Source: Buchnera aphidicola (Neophyllaphis podocarpi) (GTDB lineage: Bacteria; Pseudomonadota; Gammaproteobacteria; Enterobacterales; Enterobacteriaceae). From it: a DNA stretch of 32,000 nt. The notes beneath the pieces are model-generated. The model was given only the letters and a program-made list of their open reading frames with translations, had not been told where the DNA came from and ran no database searches. The position numbers and the translations under genes were made by a program. This document shows positions 1 through 9,731 of the stretch, in pieces. The stretch lies in the NCBI RefSeq assembly GCF_964059055.1, contig NZ_OZ060386.1:30001-62000 (forward strand), in the 5' to 3' direction. Every line of letters begins with the position of its first letter. The first letter of the stretch is position 1.

Positions 1-761
1 TATTAACTCCTGAACATACTTTAAGTTCTTATACTATAAAAACTTTACGTTTACTTATTTCTAAAGGTATCTATTTTATTTTTGCTACAGGTCGTCATTA
101 TAAAGATGTATCTTTTATTAAAAAAAAAATAGATATTTCAGCATTCTTAATAACTTCTAACGGAGCTAGAGTACATAATGATTTTAATGAATTGATAATG
201 GAATATAATTTAGATAATCAAATTTCCTTAGATTTATGTAAAATTAAATATTACGATCCTGATATTATTACTCAAGTATATAAAGATGATGGTTGGTATA
301 TAAATAGACCATGTTTACAGGAAGATATATTTTATAAAGAATCTAATTTTTATTATAAATTATTTGAACTTGATTGTTTTGTTGCTACTAATATTAGTAA
401 AGTTTTTTTTACTTGTCATGATTTAAATAAGTTAATTAATTTAAAAAAAGAAATTTCTCTTATTTGGGGTAATAAAATAAATGTTGCTTTTTCGTGTCCT
501 TCATGTTTAGAAGTTATTTCTGGTAATGTATCTAAAGGTATAGCTTTGCAATTTGTTGCTGAATACTTAGGATTAACCTTAGAATCTTGCATTGCATTTG
601 GAGATGGCATGAATGATAAGGAAATGCTTGTTATGGCTGGAAAAGGTTGTATAATGTTAAATGCAGATCCAAGATTAAAATATGATTTACCTAATATAGA
701 GATTATAGATAGTAATATAAATGAAGGTGTTTCTAAATATATAAACAAATTATATTTTTAA
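1..761 (+). CDS. yigL: Cof-type HAD-IIB phosphatase (YigL-like); 5' end cut by the window edge
   Basis: Frame 3 is open from base 3 to the TAA at 759-761. The translation (..FATGRHYKDV..ITSNGARVH..CIAFGDGMNDKEML..GKGCIM..) is colinear with E. coli YigL and carries HAD motifs. It sits next to metR as in E. coli. It contains an in-frame A10 run at 120-129. Confidence 0.85.
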   Translation, partial: LTPEHTLSSYTIKTLRLLISKGIYFIFATGRHYKDVSFIKKKIDISAFLITSNGARVHNDFNELIMEYNLDNQISLDLCKIKYYDPDIITQVYKDDGWYINRPCLQEDIFYKESNFYYKLFELDCFVATNISKVFFTCHDLNKLINLKKEISLIWGNKINVAFSCPSCLEVISGNVSKGIALQFVAEYLGLTLESCIAFGDGMNDKEMLVMAGKGCIMLNADPRLKYDLPNIEIIDSNINEGVSKYINKLYF

Positions 762-1645
762 TTTATGTTATCGGTATATATTTTAGTAAATTTTATAAAA
801 TCTTGAACAATTGGATTCAGTTTTTGGTTTTTAAGCACAGCAGCATATAGTGTTTTTCTTATACCATTTTTTCCTATTTTTTTAGTAACTATTAATCCTT
901 GTTTTTCAAAATTTTTTACAGTCCAATATGGTAAAGCTGTTATTCCCATGTTTGCTGATACCATTTGTATTAATAATAAAGTATTATCTACTGTTTTGAA
1001 TATTGGAAAAATATTTGATGGTTTTAGAAATACACGCCAAATATCTAATCTATTTTTTGGAATTGGATATATCATAAATGTTTCTAAAGCTATATCATTA
1101 GGTAAAATATCTTTTTTTGCTTTAGCTAGATAATGAATAGGTGAAAAAATTAATTTTACTTCAAAATCAAATATAGGTATATATTTTAATTCATTTTTAT
1201 TTAATATTTCAGATGTAAAAATAATATCTAATTTTGCCTTTTTTAGTTGAGGCTGGGGATTAAAAGTCATATTTGATTTAAAATCAATTGCTATTTTTGG
1301 CCATTGTATTTTGAATTTTTTTAAAACTTTTACTAACCATTGAATACAGCTATGACATTCAATAGAAATTCTAATAGTCTTTTTTTCTTTATTCATACAT
1401 TCTTGTAGAGCTTTATTAATTTTTGGTAATACTATTTCAGCTAAATTTAATAAAATTTTTCCTTGATAAGTAAATTTAATAGGTGATGTTTTTCTTTGAA
1501 ATAAATTAAATCCTAATTTTTTTTCTAATATATTAAATTGATGAGATATTGCTGATTGTGTTTGATTTAATATTTTAGCTGCTTCTGAAATTGAACCACT
1601 TTTTTTAACAGCCTGAAGTGTTTTTAAATTTTTAATTTTTATCAT
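758..1645 (-). CDS. metR: LysR-family transcriptional activator MetR
   Basis: 295-aa ORF with an N-terminal HTH (LKTLQAVKKSGSISEAAKILNQTQSAISHQF). It is colinear over its full length with E. coli MetR (IECHSCIQWL, VDNTLLLIQMV). It is divergent from metE. Its stop overlaps the yigL stop in TTAA at 758-761. Confidence 0.93.
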   Translation of the reverse strand: MIKIKNLKTLQAVKKSGSISEAAKILNQTQSAISHQFNILEKKLGFNLFQRKTSPIKFTYQGKILLNLAEIVLPKINKALQECMNKEKKTIRISIECHSCIQWLVKVLKKFKIQWPKIAIDFKSNMTFNPQPQLKKAKLDIIFTSEILNKNELKYIPIFDFEVKLIFSPIHYLAKAKKDILPNDIALETFMIYPIPKNRLDIWRVFLKPSNIFPIFKTVDNTLLLIQMVSANMGITALPYWTVKNFEKQGLIVTKKIGKNGIRKTLYAAVLKNQKLNPIVQDFIKFTKIYTDNIN

Positions 1646-1801
1646 GATATTTTTTTATATTTATAATGAATAATTATCGCTTGTAATTTTTATTATTTAC
1701 TGGAATTATATATTAAGTTTTAATGTAATATATAACATAATAAATAAAATTATTCTTTTTATTATGAGATGTTTTTATTTTTTAATTAAGAGGTTTATTA
1801 T

Positions 1802-4087
1802 ATGTCTATTGTGAATCATATCTTGGGATTTCCTAGAATTGGTATAAATAGAGAATTAAAAAAAGCTCAAGAAAATTATTGGTTAGGTAATATTACGAAA
1901 TCTAAGTTATTATCTATTGGTAAAAAGATAAGAGCAAAAAATTGGAAAATACAGAAAGACCAAGGAATTAATTTATTGCCAGTAGGTGATTTTGCTTGGT
2001 ATGATCATGTATTAAATACTAGTTTATTATTAGGCAATATTCCTCTTCGTCATATGGCAATTTCTAATAATAAAGTAGATATTGATACTTTATTTTTAAT
2101 TGCTAGAGGTGTTTATAAAAATAAAAAATCAACTCAAGCTTCTGAAATGACAAAATGGTTTAATACAAATTATCATTATATAGTTCCAGAATTTACTGAA
2201 AATCAATCTTTTATTTATTCTTGGTCTCAGTTATTAGATGAAGTTGATGAAGCTTTAAGCTTAGGTTATAATATTAAACCAGTTATTTTAGGTCCTATTA
2301 CCTATTTATGGTTAGGAAAAGTTAAAGGAAATTTCTTTGAACGTTTAAATTTATTAGATCGTATTTTTCCTATATATAGTTATATTATTTCTGAATTATC
2401 TAAACGTGGTATTACTTGGGTACAAATAGACGAACCAGTTTTATCTATGGATTTACCTAATAATTGGTTGTCTTCTTTTAAAAACATTTATAAGAAATTT
2501 AAACATACTAGTGATATCAAGATATTATTAACTACATATTTTGGTAGTATAAATCATAATATAGATTATATTAATCAATCATATGTAGATGGAATTCATA
2601 TAGATTTATTATATGGAAAATATAATTTAGATGATTTTGTATCTAAAATTTCCTCTGATAAAGTTTTATCTTTAGGAATAATTAATGGAAAAAATATATG
2701 GAAAGCTGATTTAGTTAATTGGTTTAATATTATAAAACCAATTATAATAAAACATAAAAAAATTTGGCTGGGATCTTCTTGTTCCTTGATGCATAGTCCT
2801 ATTGATTTAAATCAAGAAAAGTATTTAGATGATGAAGTTAAAAACTGGTTTTCTTTTTCTGTACAGAAATGTAAAGAACTATCTTTAATTACTGATGCTA
2901 TAAACAATAATAATACTAATTATATAAACGATTGGAGTAATGCTATTAGATCTAGAAATTATTCTAAAATAGTTCATAATCCATTTGTTGCAAAACGTGT
3001 AGAAAATATTTCTGCAAGTGATATGAATCGTAAAAATGTGTATTCTATTAGATGTAATGACCAGAGAGATAAGTTAAATTTACCTTTACTTCCTACTACA
3101 ACTATAGGATCATTCCCTCAAACAGATGATATACGTAAATCACGTTTAGAATTTAAATCAGGTAAGATATCTATTAAAGAATATAATAAAATTATCAAAG
3201 AGAATATTAAAAAAGTTATTCTAGAACAAGAACGTTTGGATATAGATTTGTTAGTGCATGGCGAACCTGAACGTAATGATATGGTTGAATATTTTGGTGA
3301 ATATTTAGATGGATTTGTTTTTACATTTAATGGATGGGTTCAAAGTTATGGTTCTAGATGCGTTAAACCTCCTATAATTATTGGTGATATAAGTCGTAAA
3401 AATCCTATTACTATAAAATGGACTAGTTATGCTCAATCTTTAACATCAAAGCCTGTTAAAGGAATGTTGACTGGCCCGGTTACCATTTTATGTTGGTCTT
3501 TTCCTAGAGAAGATATATCTAGAGAAGTTATCGCTAAACAAATAGCATTATCATTAAGAGATGAAGTAACAGATTTAGAAAAATCAGGTATAAATGTAAT
3601 TCAAATTGATGAACCTGCTTTAAGAGAAGGTTTACCTTTACGTCAATCGGAATGGAATAGTTATCTTAAATGGGCTGTAGATTCTTTTCGTTTAAGTTCT
3701 TCTTCTGTTAAAAATTCTACTCAAATTCATACACATATGTGTTATTGTGAATTTAATGATATAATAGATTCTATTTCTGCCTTGGATGCCGATGTAATTA
3801 CTATAGAAACTTCTAGATCAGATATGGATCTTTTAAATATTTTTGAAAAGTTTTCTTATCCTAATGAAATAGGACCAGGAGTTTATGATATTCATTCTCC
3901 AACTGTACCTGATATTAAATATATAGAATCATTATTAATAAAAGCATTAAAGTTTATTCCTATTAATCGTTTATGGGTTAATCCTGATTGCGGATTAAAA
4001 ACTAGAAATTGGAAAGAAACAATATTATCACTAAAAAATATGGTTATTGCTTCTAAAAATTTACGTAAAAAATATAAAGTAAAATAA
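1802..4087 (+). CDS. metE: cobalamin-independent methionine synthase
   Basis: 761-aa ORF colinear with MetE (E. coli 753 aa), including HTHMCYCEF and NPDCGLKTR near the C-terminus. An AAGAGG Shine-Dalgarno lies at 1788-1793. Confidence 0.97.
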   Translation: MSIVNHILGFPRIGINRELKKAQENYWLGNITKSKLLSIGKKIRAKNWKIQKDQGINLLPVGDFAWYDHVLNTSLLLGNIPLRHMAISNNKVDIDTLFLIARGVYKNKKSTQASEMTKWFNTNYHYIVPEFTENQSFIYSWSQLLDEVDEALSLGYNIKPVILGPITYLWLGKVKGNFFERLNLLDRIFPIYSYIISELSKRGITWVQIDEPVLSMDLPNNWLSSFKNIYKKFKHTSDIKILLTTYFGSINHNIDYINQSYVDGIHIDLLYGKYNLDDFVSKISSDKVLSLGIINGKNIWKADLVNWFNIIKPIIIKHKKIWLGSSCSLMHSPIDLNQEKYLDDEVKNWFSFSVQKCKELSLITDAINNNNTNYINDWSNAIRSRNYSKIVHNPFVAKRVENISASDMNRKNVYSIRCNDQRDKLNLPLLPTTTIGSFPQTDDIRKSRLEFKSGKISIKEYNKIIKENIKKVILEQERLDIDLLVHGEPERNDMVEYFGEYLDGFVFTFNGWVQSYGSRCVKPPIIIGDISRKNPITIKWTSYAQSLTSKPVKGMLTGPVTILCWSFPREDISREVIAKQIALSLRDEVTDLEKSGINVIQIDEPALREGLPLRQSEWNSYLKWAVDSFRLSSSSVKNSTQIHTHMCYCEFNDIIDSISALDADVITIETSRSDMDLLNIFEKFSYPNEIGPGVYDIHSPTVPDIKYIESLLIKALKFIPINRLWVNPDCGLKTRNWKETILSLKNMVIASKNLRKKYKVK

Positions 4088-4114
4088 TTTTTGAATAAAT
4101 GAAACTTTATCTAT

Positions 4115-4166
4115 AAAAAATTAGATATTACTAAATTTTTTGTTTTTTTGATTTAGTAATATCTAA
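4115..4166 (-). terminator. intrinsic terminator hairpin between convergent metE and purH
   Basis: Perfect 16-bp inverted repeat TTAGATATTACTAAAT (4121-4136) / ATTTAGTAATATCTAA (4151-4166). On the minus strand the stem is followed by U6 (plus-strand A6 at 4115-4120), which suits purH termination. It may also stop metE transcripts. Confidence 0.55.
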
Positions 4167-4199
4167 ACATTTCATAATAAAAATTATATATTGTTATTT

Positions 4200-5762
4200 T
4201 TAGTGTCTAAAATTACGTATATTAGTAAATATCATAGATATGTTATGTTTATTAGCTTCTTGTATAATTTCTTTATCTTTTATAGATCCACCAGGTTGAA
4301 TTATACATTTAACACCAATTTGTTCTGCAACTGTTATATTATCAGTAAAAGTGAAGAATGCATCAGAAGCCATGACAGAATTTTTTAGATTTTTATTTAT
4401 TTGTTCAGATTTCATTTTTGCGATTTTAGTAGCATATATTCTACTAGTTTGTCCTGATCCTATGCCTAGAGTTATGTTATTTTTAGCAAATACAATAGCA
4501 TTAGATTTTACAAACTTTGCTATTTTCCATGCAAATATTGAATCATTTATTTCTGTATCATTAGGTTCTCTTTTTGTAACTATTTTTATTTTTTTTATAT
4601 CAATATTATTAGTATTATGTTCCTGTAATAAAAATCCTCCATGAACACTTTTAATATCTATCAAACTTTTAAATGTATTATTTTTTTTATAAATTATTAC
4701 TCTTATATTTTTCTTTGTATTAATAACATTTAATGTTTTTTCTTCTATTTCAGGAGTTATAATTATTTCTACAAATTGTTTTTTCATAATTTCTGTAGCT
4801 GTTAAATAGTCTAATTTTTTATTAAAAGCAACAATTCCTCCAAAAGATGAAATAGGATCTGCTTTTTGAGCTTTTATATAAGCTTTAAGAATTGTTGAAT
4901 CTATTGCTGCTCCACAGGGATTTGAATGTTTTACAATTACACATGCAGGTTTTTTGAATTGATCTATACATTCTATTGCTGTGTTTACATCTTCTATATT
5001 ATTATAAGATAGTTTTTTTCCTATATTTTTATTCTTAATACTAAACATATATTCTAAATTCTTACTTTCGTACAAAGCTGATTTTTGATGCTGGTTTTCT
5101 CCATATCTCATTTCTTGTTTTTTTGTTAACTTCAAATTTATTACTTCTGGTAATATTATTTTATTTTTATTTTTTGATTTTTCTATTTTTTTATTAAAAA
5201 TTTTATTGACTAATGTTTCGTAATTTAATGTATTTTTAAATGCAATTTTAGCAAGTTTTAGTCTTGTATTTAACGTGACGCAATTTTCATTATTTTTCAT
5301 TTCTTTTATAATTTTTTTGTATTGTGAATTATTTGTTACAGCTGTTATATATTTATAGTTTTTTGCAGCAGCCCTTATCATTGAAGGTCCTCCTATATCA
5401 ATATTTTCTGTAATATTTTCATATAATTCTAAATTATTAAGTGAATAAAAATTTATTATAACCATATCAATAGGAATTATTTTGTATTTTTTTATTATAT
5501 TTTTATCTTTTTCGCCTCTGTGAAGTATTCCTCCATATATTTTGTAATGTAATGTTTTGACTCTTTTATTAAAAATTTCTGGTAATTTAATGTAATTTGA
5601 TATATTTATTACATCTATATTAGATTTTTTAAGAAAATTTGCAGTGCCTTCTGTGCATAGTATTTTAACTCCTAATTTTGACAGATTTTTTGCAAATTCT
5701 TGAATTCCAGATTTGTCTTGTACGCTTAAAATTGCATTTTTTATTAATATATTATTTTTCAT
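4200..5762 (-). CDS. purH: bifunctional AICAR transformylase / IMP cyclohydrolase
   Basis: 520-aa ORF colinear with E. coli PurH (529 aa). Shared motifs include LSVQDKSGI, IDIGGPSMIRAAAKN, VKHSNPCG, GSGQTSR and IQPGGSIKD..FRH at the C-terminus. Confidence 0.97.
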   Translation of the reverse strand: MKNNILIKNAILSVQDKSGIQEFAKNLSKLGVKILCTEGTANFLKKSNIDVINISNYIKLPEIFNKRVKTLHYKIYGGILHRGEKDKNIIKKYKIIPIDMVIINFYSLNNLELYENITENIDIGGPSMIRAAAKNYKYITAVTNNSQYKKIIKEMKNNENCVTLNTRLKLAKIAFKNTLNYETLVNKIFNKKIEKSKNKNKIILPEVINLKLTKKQEMRYGENQHQKSALYESKNLEYMFSIKNKNIGKKLSYNNIEDVNTAIECIDQFKKPACVIVKHSNPCGAAIDSTILKAYIKAQKADPISSFGGIVAFNKKLDYLTATEIMKKQFVEIIITPEIEEKTLNVINTKKNIRVIIYKKNNTFKSLIDIKSVHGGFLLQEHNTNNIDIKKIKIVTKREPNDTEINDSIFAWKIAKFVKSNAIVFAKNNITLGIGSGQTSRIYATKIAKMKSEQINKNLKNSVMASDAFFTFTDNITVAEQIGVKCIIQPGGSIKDKEIIQEANKHNISMIFTNIRNFRH

Positions 5763-6157
5763 TTATTTTTTCTCTTATTATTATATAATATTAAATCAAT
5801 AAATTAGTTTTTTAGTTTTTTAAATAAACTTTTTAATATGTTCAGATAAATTAAATAACTAATTATTCATTATAAGTTATTTTAATTTATATTTTTTATA
5901 TAAATATCAGAATATTTTTTAATTACTATATAATATAGAACTTATTTTTAAATTTTTATTTGATTTTTAATTATGAAATAATATTAGAAATTATAATTTA
6001 ATATTTTATTTTAATATAAAATATATCATTTTTTATTTACAAATATTTTTTAATTTAAAATTAATTGTTTTTATAGTTTATAACTTTGTATTTTATTTAA
6101 TTAAATTACTAATTTAACTAGTTTTAATTTTTGTTAAAATAATGAAGAGAAGTATTT

Positions 6158-6793
6158 ATGTATAATTTTCCACGTACTATAAAAAATATAGGTTTATATC
6201 CTATAGTACATAATATTAAATGGATTTTAAGATTAATTAAAGTCGGTGTTAAAATAATTCAATTACGTATAAAAAATAAACCAATTAAAAAAATTAAATA
6301 TATAATTTATAAAGCAACTAATATATGTAAATTTTATAAAGTAAAACTATTTATTAATGATTATTGGGAACTAGCTATTGAATATAAATCTTATGGAGTT
6401 CATTTAGGCCAAGAAGATTTATTATCTTCAGATTTATTATATTTATGCAATTCTGGATTAAGAATAGGAATATCAACTCATAATTATTCTGAAGTAAATA
6501 TTGCAATTAAGTTAAATCCTTCTTATATAGCTTTAGGACATATTTTTAAAACTAAAACAAAAAAAATGCCTTCTACTCCTCAAGGAATATATAAATTGCG
6601 AGAACATGTAAATAATATACATACTATACCAACAGTTGCTATTGGTGGTATTAACATTAAAAATGCTAATTCTGTATTGTCTACTGGAGTTAATGGTATT
6701 TCTGTCATAAGTGCTATAACTAAATCTTCTAATTGGAAAAAAGATACTTTGAATTTATTAAAACTTGTAAACTCTAAATTAACAAAGGTTTAA
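6158..6793 (+). CDS. thiE: thiamine-phosphate synthase
   Basis: 211-aa ORF, the same length as E. coli ThiE. Shared motifs include LGLYPIV, IQLRIK, LFINDYWELA, YGVHLGQEDL, YIALGHIF.T.TK and PTVAIGGI. Confidence 0.93.
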   Translation: MYNFPRTIKNIGLYPIVHNIKWILRLIKVGVKIIQLRIKNKPIKKIKYIIYKATNICKFYKVKLFINDYWELAIEYKSYGVHLGQEDLLSSDLLYLCNSGLRIGISTHNYSEVNIAIKLNPSYIALGHIFKTKTKKMPSTPQGIYKLREHVNNIHTIPTVAIGGINIKNANSVLSTGVNGISVISAITKSSNWKKDTLNLLKLVNSKLTKV

Positions 6794-6797
6794 TTTT

Positions 6798-7550
6798 ATG
6801 TTAAATAATGAAGATTTTTTAAGGTATAGTAGAAATTTGTTATTGAAAAATTTTAATGAAAATAAACAACTTAAACTTAAAAATAGTACGATTTTAATAG
6901 TAGGTATTGGAGGTTTAGGTGCTCCAGTAGCTTTATATTTAGCTGCTGCTGGTGTTGGAAAGATGTATATTGCAGATCATGATAATTTAGATATAAGTAA
7001 TTTACAAAGACAAATAGTTTATTTTACTAAAGACATTGGTAAGAAAAAAGTTTTTTTATCTAAAGAGTATTTGTTAAAAGTAAATCCTAATTGTATAGTT
7101 AAACCCATTCCTTATTTTATAGACAAAAAAATTATATCTACTATTATAGATAAAGTAGATTTAGTTATTGATTGTAGTGATAATTTTAAAACTCGTTCTT
7201 TGATAAATAATGTATGTGTTATGAATAATAAACCTTTAATTATTGGTAGTGCCATTGGTTTATTAGGACAAATAATAATAATTATGCCTCCATGGGATTG
7301 TGGTTGCTATAATTGTATATGGAAAGTAAATAATAATTTATCTAATAATTGTGATAATTTTGGAGTTTTAGGTCCTATTGTTGGGATAATAGGTTCCTTT
7401 CAAGCATTAGAATGTTTAAAATTATTAACTAATGAATGTTCTTCTTTAAAAAATAAAATATATTTGTTTGATGGTAATAAATTAAATCATAGTATTTTAA
7501 ATTTACAACGTTCTTCTAACTGTAATGTATGTGGAGTTTTATATGATTAA
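6798..7550 (+). CDS. thiF: ThiS adenylyltransferase
   Basis: 250-aa ORF with the E1-like nucleotide-binding motif GIGGLGAP. Two Cys pairs (CGCYNC, CNVCG) match the ThiF zinc site. It lies 4 nt downstream of thiE. Confidence 0.92.
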   Translation: MLNNEDFLRYSRNLLLKNFNENKQLKLKNSTILIVGIGGLGAPVALYLAAAGVGKMYIADHDNLDISNLQRQIVYFTKDIGKKKVFLSKEYLLKVNPNCIVKPIPYFIDKKIISTIIDKVDLVIDCSDNFKTRSLINNVCVMNNKPLIIGSAIGLLGQIIIIMPPWDCGCYNCIWKVNNNLSNNCDNFGVLGPIVGIIGSFQALECLKLLTNECSSLKNKIYLFDGNKLNHSILNLQRSSNCNVCGVLYD

Positions 7551-7746
7551 AATTTGGGTGAATGATAGTCAAATTAAATTAAATATTCCATATTCTATTA
7601 GTAATTTAATAGATACTTTAAAATTAGATATTAACGGAATTGCTTTTGCTGTAAATAGTACAGTTATATCTGATTCTAATTGGATTAATAATTTTTTAAA
7701 AGATGGTGATAAAATAGTTGTTTTCCATGCAATAAATGGAGGTTAG
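7543..7746 (+). CDS. thiS: sulfur-carrier protein ThiS
   Basis: 67 aa from the internal ATG at 7543 ([10 protein letters not shown]..) ending ..INGG-stop, the obligatory C-terminal Gly-Gly. A GGAG Shine-Dalgarno lies at 7533-7536. The start overlaps the thiF stop (ATGATTAA). The upstream ATG at 7525 lies inside thiF and is unlikely to be used. Confidence 0.88.
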   Translation: MIKIWVNDSQIKLNIPYSISNLIDTLKLDINGIAFAVNSTVISDSNWINNFLKDGDKIVVFHAINGG

Positions 7747-7747
7747 T

Positions 7748-8512
7748 ATGCTTAAAATTGCAAATAAATTTTTTAAGTCTCATTTATTTATAGGAACAGG
7801 AAAATTTGCATCTTCATCTTTAATGGTAGATGCTATAATTGCCTCTGAAACTAACTTAATAACTGTTTCTATAAAACGTTTAGATCTCAAAAGAAAAAAT
7901 GAAGATAATATTTTATCTTCTATAAAAAATCTTAATATAAATATTATACCTAATACTTCCGGGGCTAAGGATTCTATTGAAGCTGTTTTAGCAGCTGAAA
8001 TAGCCAGAGAAGCATTAAAAACAAATTGGATTAAATTAGAAATACATCCGGATTCAAAATACTTAATGCCAGATCCTATAGAAACACTTAAAGCTGCTGA
8101 AAAATTAGTGAAAAAAGGTTTTATAGTTTTACCTTATTGTAATGCTGATCCTATTTTATGTAAATATCTTGAAGAAGTAGGTTGTTCAGCAGTTATGCCT
8201 TTAGGTTCAGCTATAGGTAGTAATAAAGGTCTTTTAACCAAAGATTTATTAAGAATTATTATTGAACAATCTAATATTCCTGTAATTATTGATGCTGGTA
8301 TTGGAGCTCCTAGTCATGCTGCTGAAGCTATTGAAATGGGAGCTAGTGGTGTTTTAGTTAATACTGCTATCGCTGTTTCTAATAATCCAAAAAAAATGGC
8401 TAAGTCTTTTGCTTTTGCTGTAAAATCTGGATTGCTTTCTTTCGATAGTGGTTTGGTACAAAAGAGTAAATATTCTATTTCTAGTAGTCCATTAACAAAT
8501 TTTTTATTTTAA
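7748..8512 (+). CDS. thiG: thiazole synthase
   Basis: 254 aa from the ATG at 7748 ([20 protein letters not shown].., compare E. coli [20 protein letters not shown]). It is colinear to the end ([38 protein letters not shown]). Confidence 0.95.
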   Translation: MLKIANKFFKSHLFIGTGKFASSSLMVDAIIASETNLITVSIKRLDLKRKNEDNILSSIKNLNINIIPNTSGAKDSIEAVLAAEIAREALKTNWIKLEIHPDSKYLMPDPIETLKAAEKLVKKGFIVLPYCNADPILCKYLEEVGCSAVMPLGSAIGSNKGLLTKDLLRIIIEQSNIPVIIDAGIGAPSHAAEAIEMGASGVLVNTAIAVSNNPKKMAKSFAFAVKSGLLSFDSGLVQKSKYSISSSPLTNFLF

Positions 8513-8530
8513 TTTTGGGAAAAATATTGA

Positions 8531-9658
8531 ATGAAATATTTTACTGACATTTGGAAAAATATTGATTGGGAAGATATTGCATTACGTATTAATAATAAAA
8601 CTTACAAAGATGTTGAATTAGCATTAAATTCTTATAAACTAGATAATGAGGGTATTATGTCTTTATTATCTCCTTCTGCAGCTAATTATATAGAACATAT
8701 ATCACAAAAATCTAAGTATTTAACCCGTCAGAGATTTGGTAATACTATTAGTTTTTTTATTCCTTTATATCTTTCTAATTTATGTTCAAATGAATGTACT
8801 TATTGTGGTTTTTCCATCAATAATAAAATTAAAAGAAAAATATTGAATGCTTCAGAAATTATCGATGAGTGTAAAGTAATTAAAAAATTAGGTTTAGATA
8901 GAATATTATTAGTTACAGGAGAACATAATAATAAAGTTGGCATGAAATATTTTTTAAAACATATAAACATTTTACGCGATAAATTTAGCAGTGTTTTTAT
9001 GGAAGTACAACCATTAATGCAAGATGAATATACTTTATTGAAACAATATGGTATTGATGGTTTTTATTTATATCAAGAAACTTATAGTAAGAAATGTTAT
9101 GATTATCACCATTTAAAAGGTAATAAAGCAGATTTTTTCTTTCGATTAAAAACTCCCGATATAATTGGAAAGTCTGGAATAAATAAGATTGGTTTAGGAA
9201 TATTATTAGGTTTATCAGATAATTGGAGAGTAGATTGTTATTTTATGGCTTTACATTTTCTTTGGTTAAGAAAAATTTATTGGAAGACTTCTTTTTCTAT
9301 TTCTTTTCCTAGACTGAGATCTTGTATGGGAGGTATAAAAAATAAAAATATTATTTCTGATTTACATTTTTTACAAATTATCTGTACTTTTCGTTTGCTT
9401 GCTCCTGAGCTAGAACTATCTTTGTCTACAAGAGAATCAGAATATTTAAGAGATAATATTGTACCTATAGCTATAAATTCTATGAGTGTTTTTTCAAAAA
9501 CATCTCCAGGAGGATATAATAACTCATCTAGTTTTTCTGAATTAGAACAGTTTTCTTTAAGAGATAAAAGAACACCTAAAGAAGTTTCAGATGCTATGAT
9601 AAGATTAGGATTACAACCTATATTTAAAGATTGGGATTATTATTTAGGTAGAAGATAA
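8531..9658 (+). CDS. thiH: 2-iminoacetate synthase (tyrosine lyase, radical SAM)
   Basis: 375-aa ORF (E. coli ThiH 377 aa) with the radical-SAM cluster motif CSNECTYCGF. It is the last gene of the thi block and is convergent with rpoC, as in E. coli. Confidence 0.93.
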   Translation: MKYFTDIWKNIDWEDIALRINNKTYKDVELALNSYKLDNEGIMSLLSPSAANYIEHISQKSKYLTRQRFGNTISFFIPLYLSNLCSNECTYCGFSINNKIKRKILNASEIIDECKVIKKLGLDRILLVTGEHNNKVGMKYFLKHINILRDKFSSVFMEVQPLMQDEYTLLKQYGIDGFYLYQETYSKKCYDYHHLKGNKADFFFRLKTPDIIGKSGINKIGLGILLGLSDNWRVDCYFMALHFLWLRKIYWKTSFSISFPRLRSCMGGIKNKNIISDLHFLQIICTFRLLAPELELSLSTRESEYLRDNIVPIAINSMSVFSKTSPGGYNNSSSFSELEQFSLRDKRTPKEVSDAMIRLGLQPIFKDWDYYLGRR

Positions 9659-9669
9659 AATTTTAAAAT

Positions 9670-9704
9670 TCACAAGATATTATCCTATAATTAATATCTT
9701 GTGA
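9670..9704. terminator. hairpin between convergent thiH and rpoC (putative bidirectional terminator)
   Basis: Perfect 13-bp inverted repeat TCACAAGATATTA (9670-9682) / TAATATCTTGTGA (9692-9704) with a 9-nt loop. T/A-rich runs flank it on both sides. Confidence 0.45.
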
Positions 9705-9731
9705 TTATAGCATAGAAAATATTGTTTTTTA

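Noticed and set aside
416-1133. ORFs 416-748 (-) and 948-1133 (+)
   Set aside because: They are antisense to yigL and metR respectively and show no homology signal.
1646-1801. MetR box (TGAA-N5-TTCA) or MetJ box (AGACGTCT) in the metR-metE spacer
   Set aside because: No full match is present, only a half-site-like TGAATAATTAT. It is not reported as a feature.
4191-4644. Plus-strand ORFs 4191-4388 and 4351-4644
   Set aside because: They are antisense to purH, whose homology is unambiguous. The hydrophobic F/I/L-rich products are typical of the reverse strand of AT-rich genes.
5763-6157. A TPP (THI-box) riboswitch, a small gene or a thiC remnant in the purH-thiE spacer
   Set aside because: I found no CTGAGA or THI-box core, no GC-containing helices and no ORF. 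The spacer is reported only as an absence in the findings, and a covariance-model scan is needed to be certain.
7525-7747. Longer N-termini for thiS (ATG 7525) and thiG (ATG 7736)
   Set aside because: Homology begins at 7543 and 7748. Each of those starts has its own GGAG(G) Shine-Dalgarno, and the upstream codons lie inside the preceding gene.
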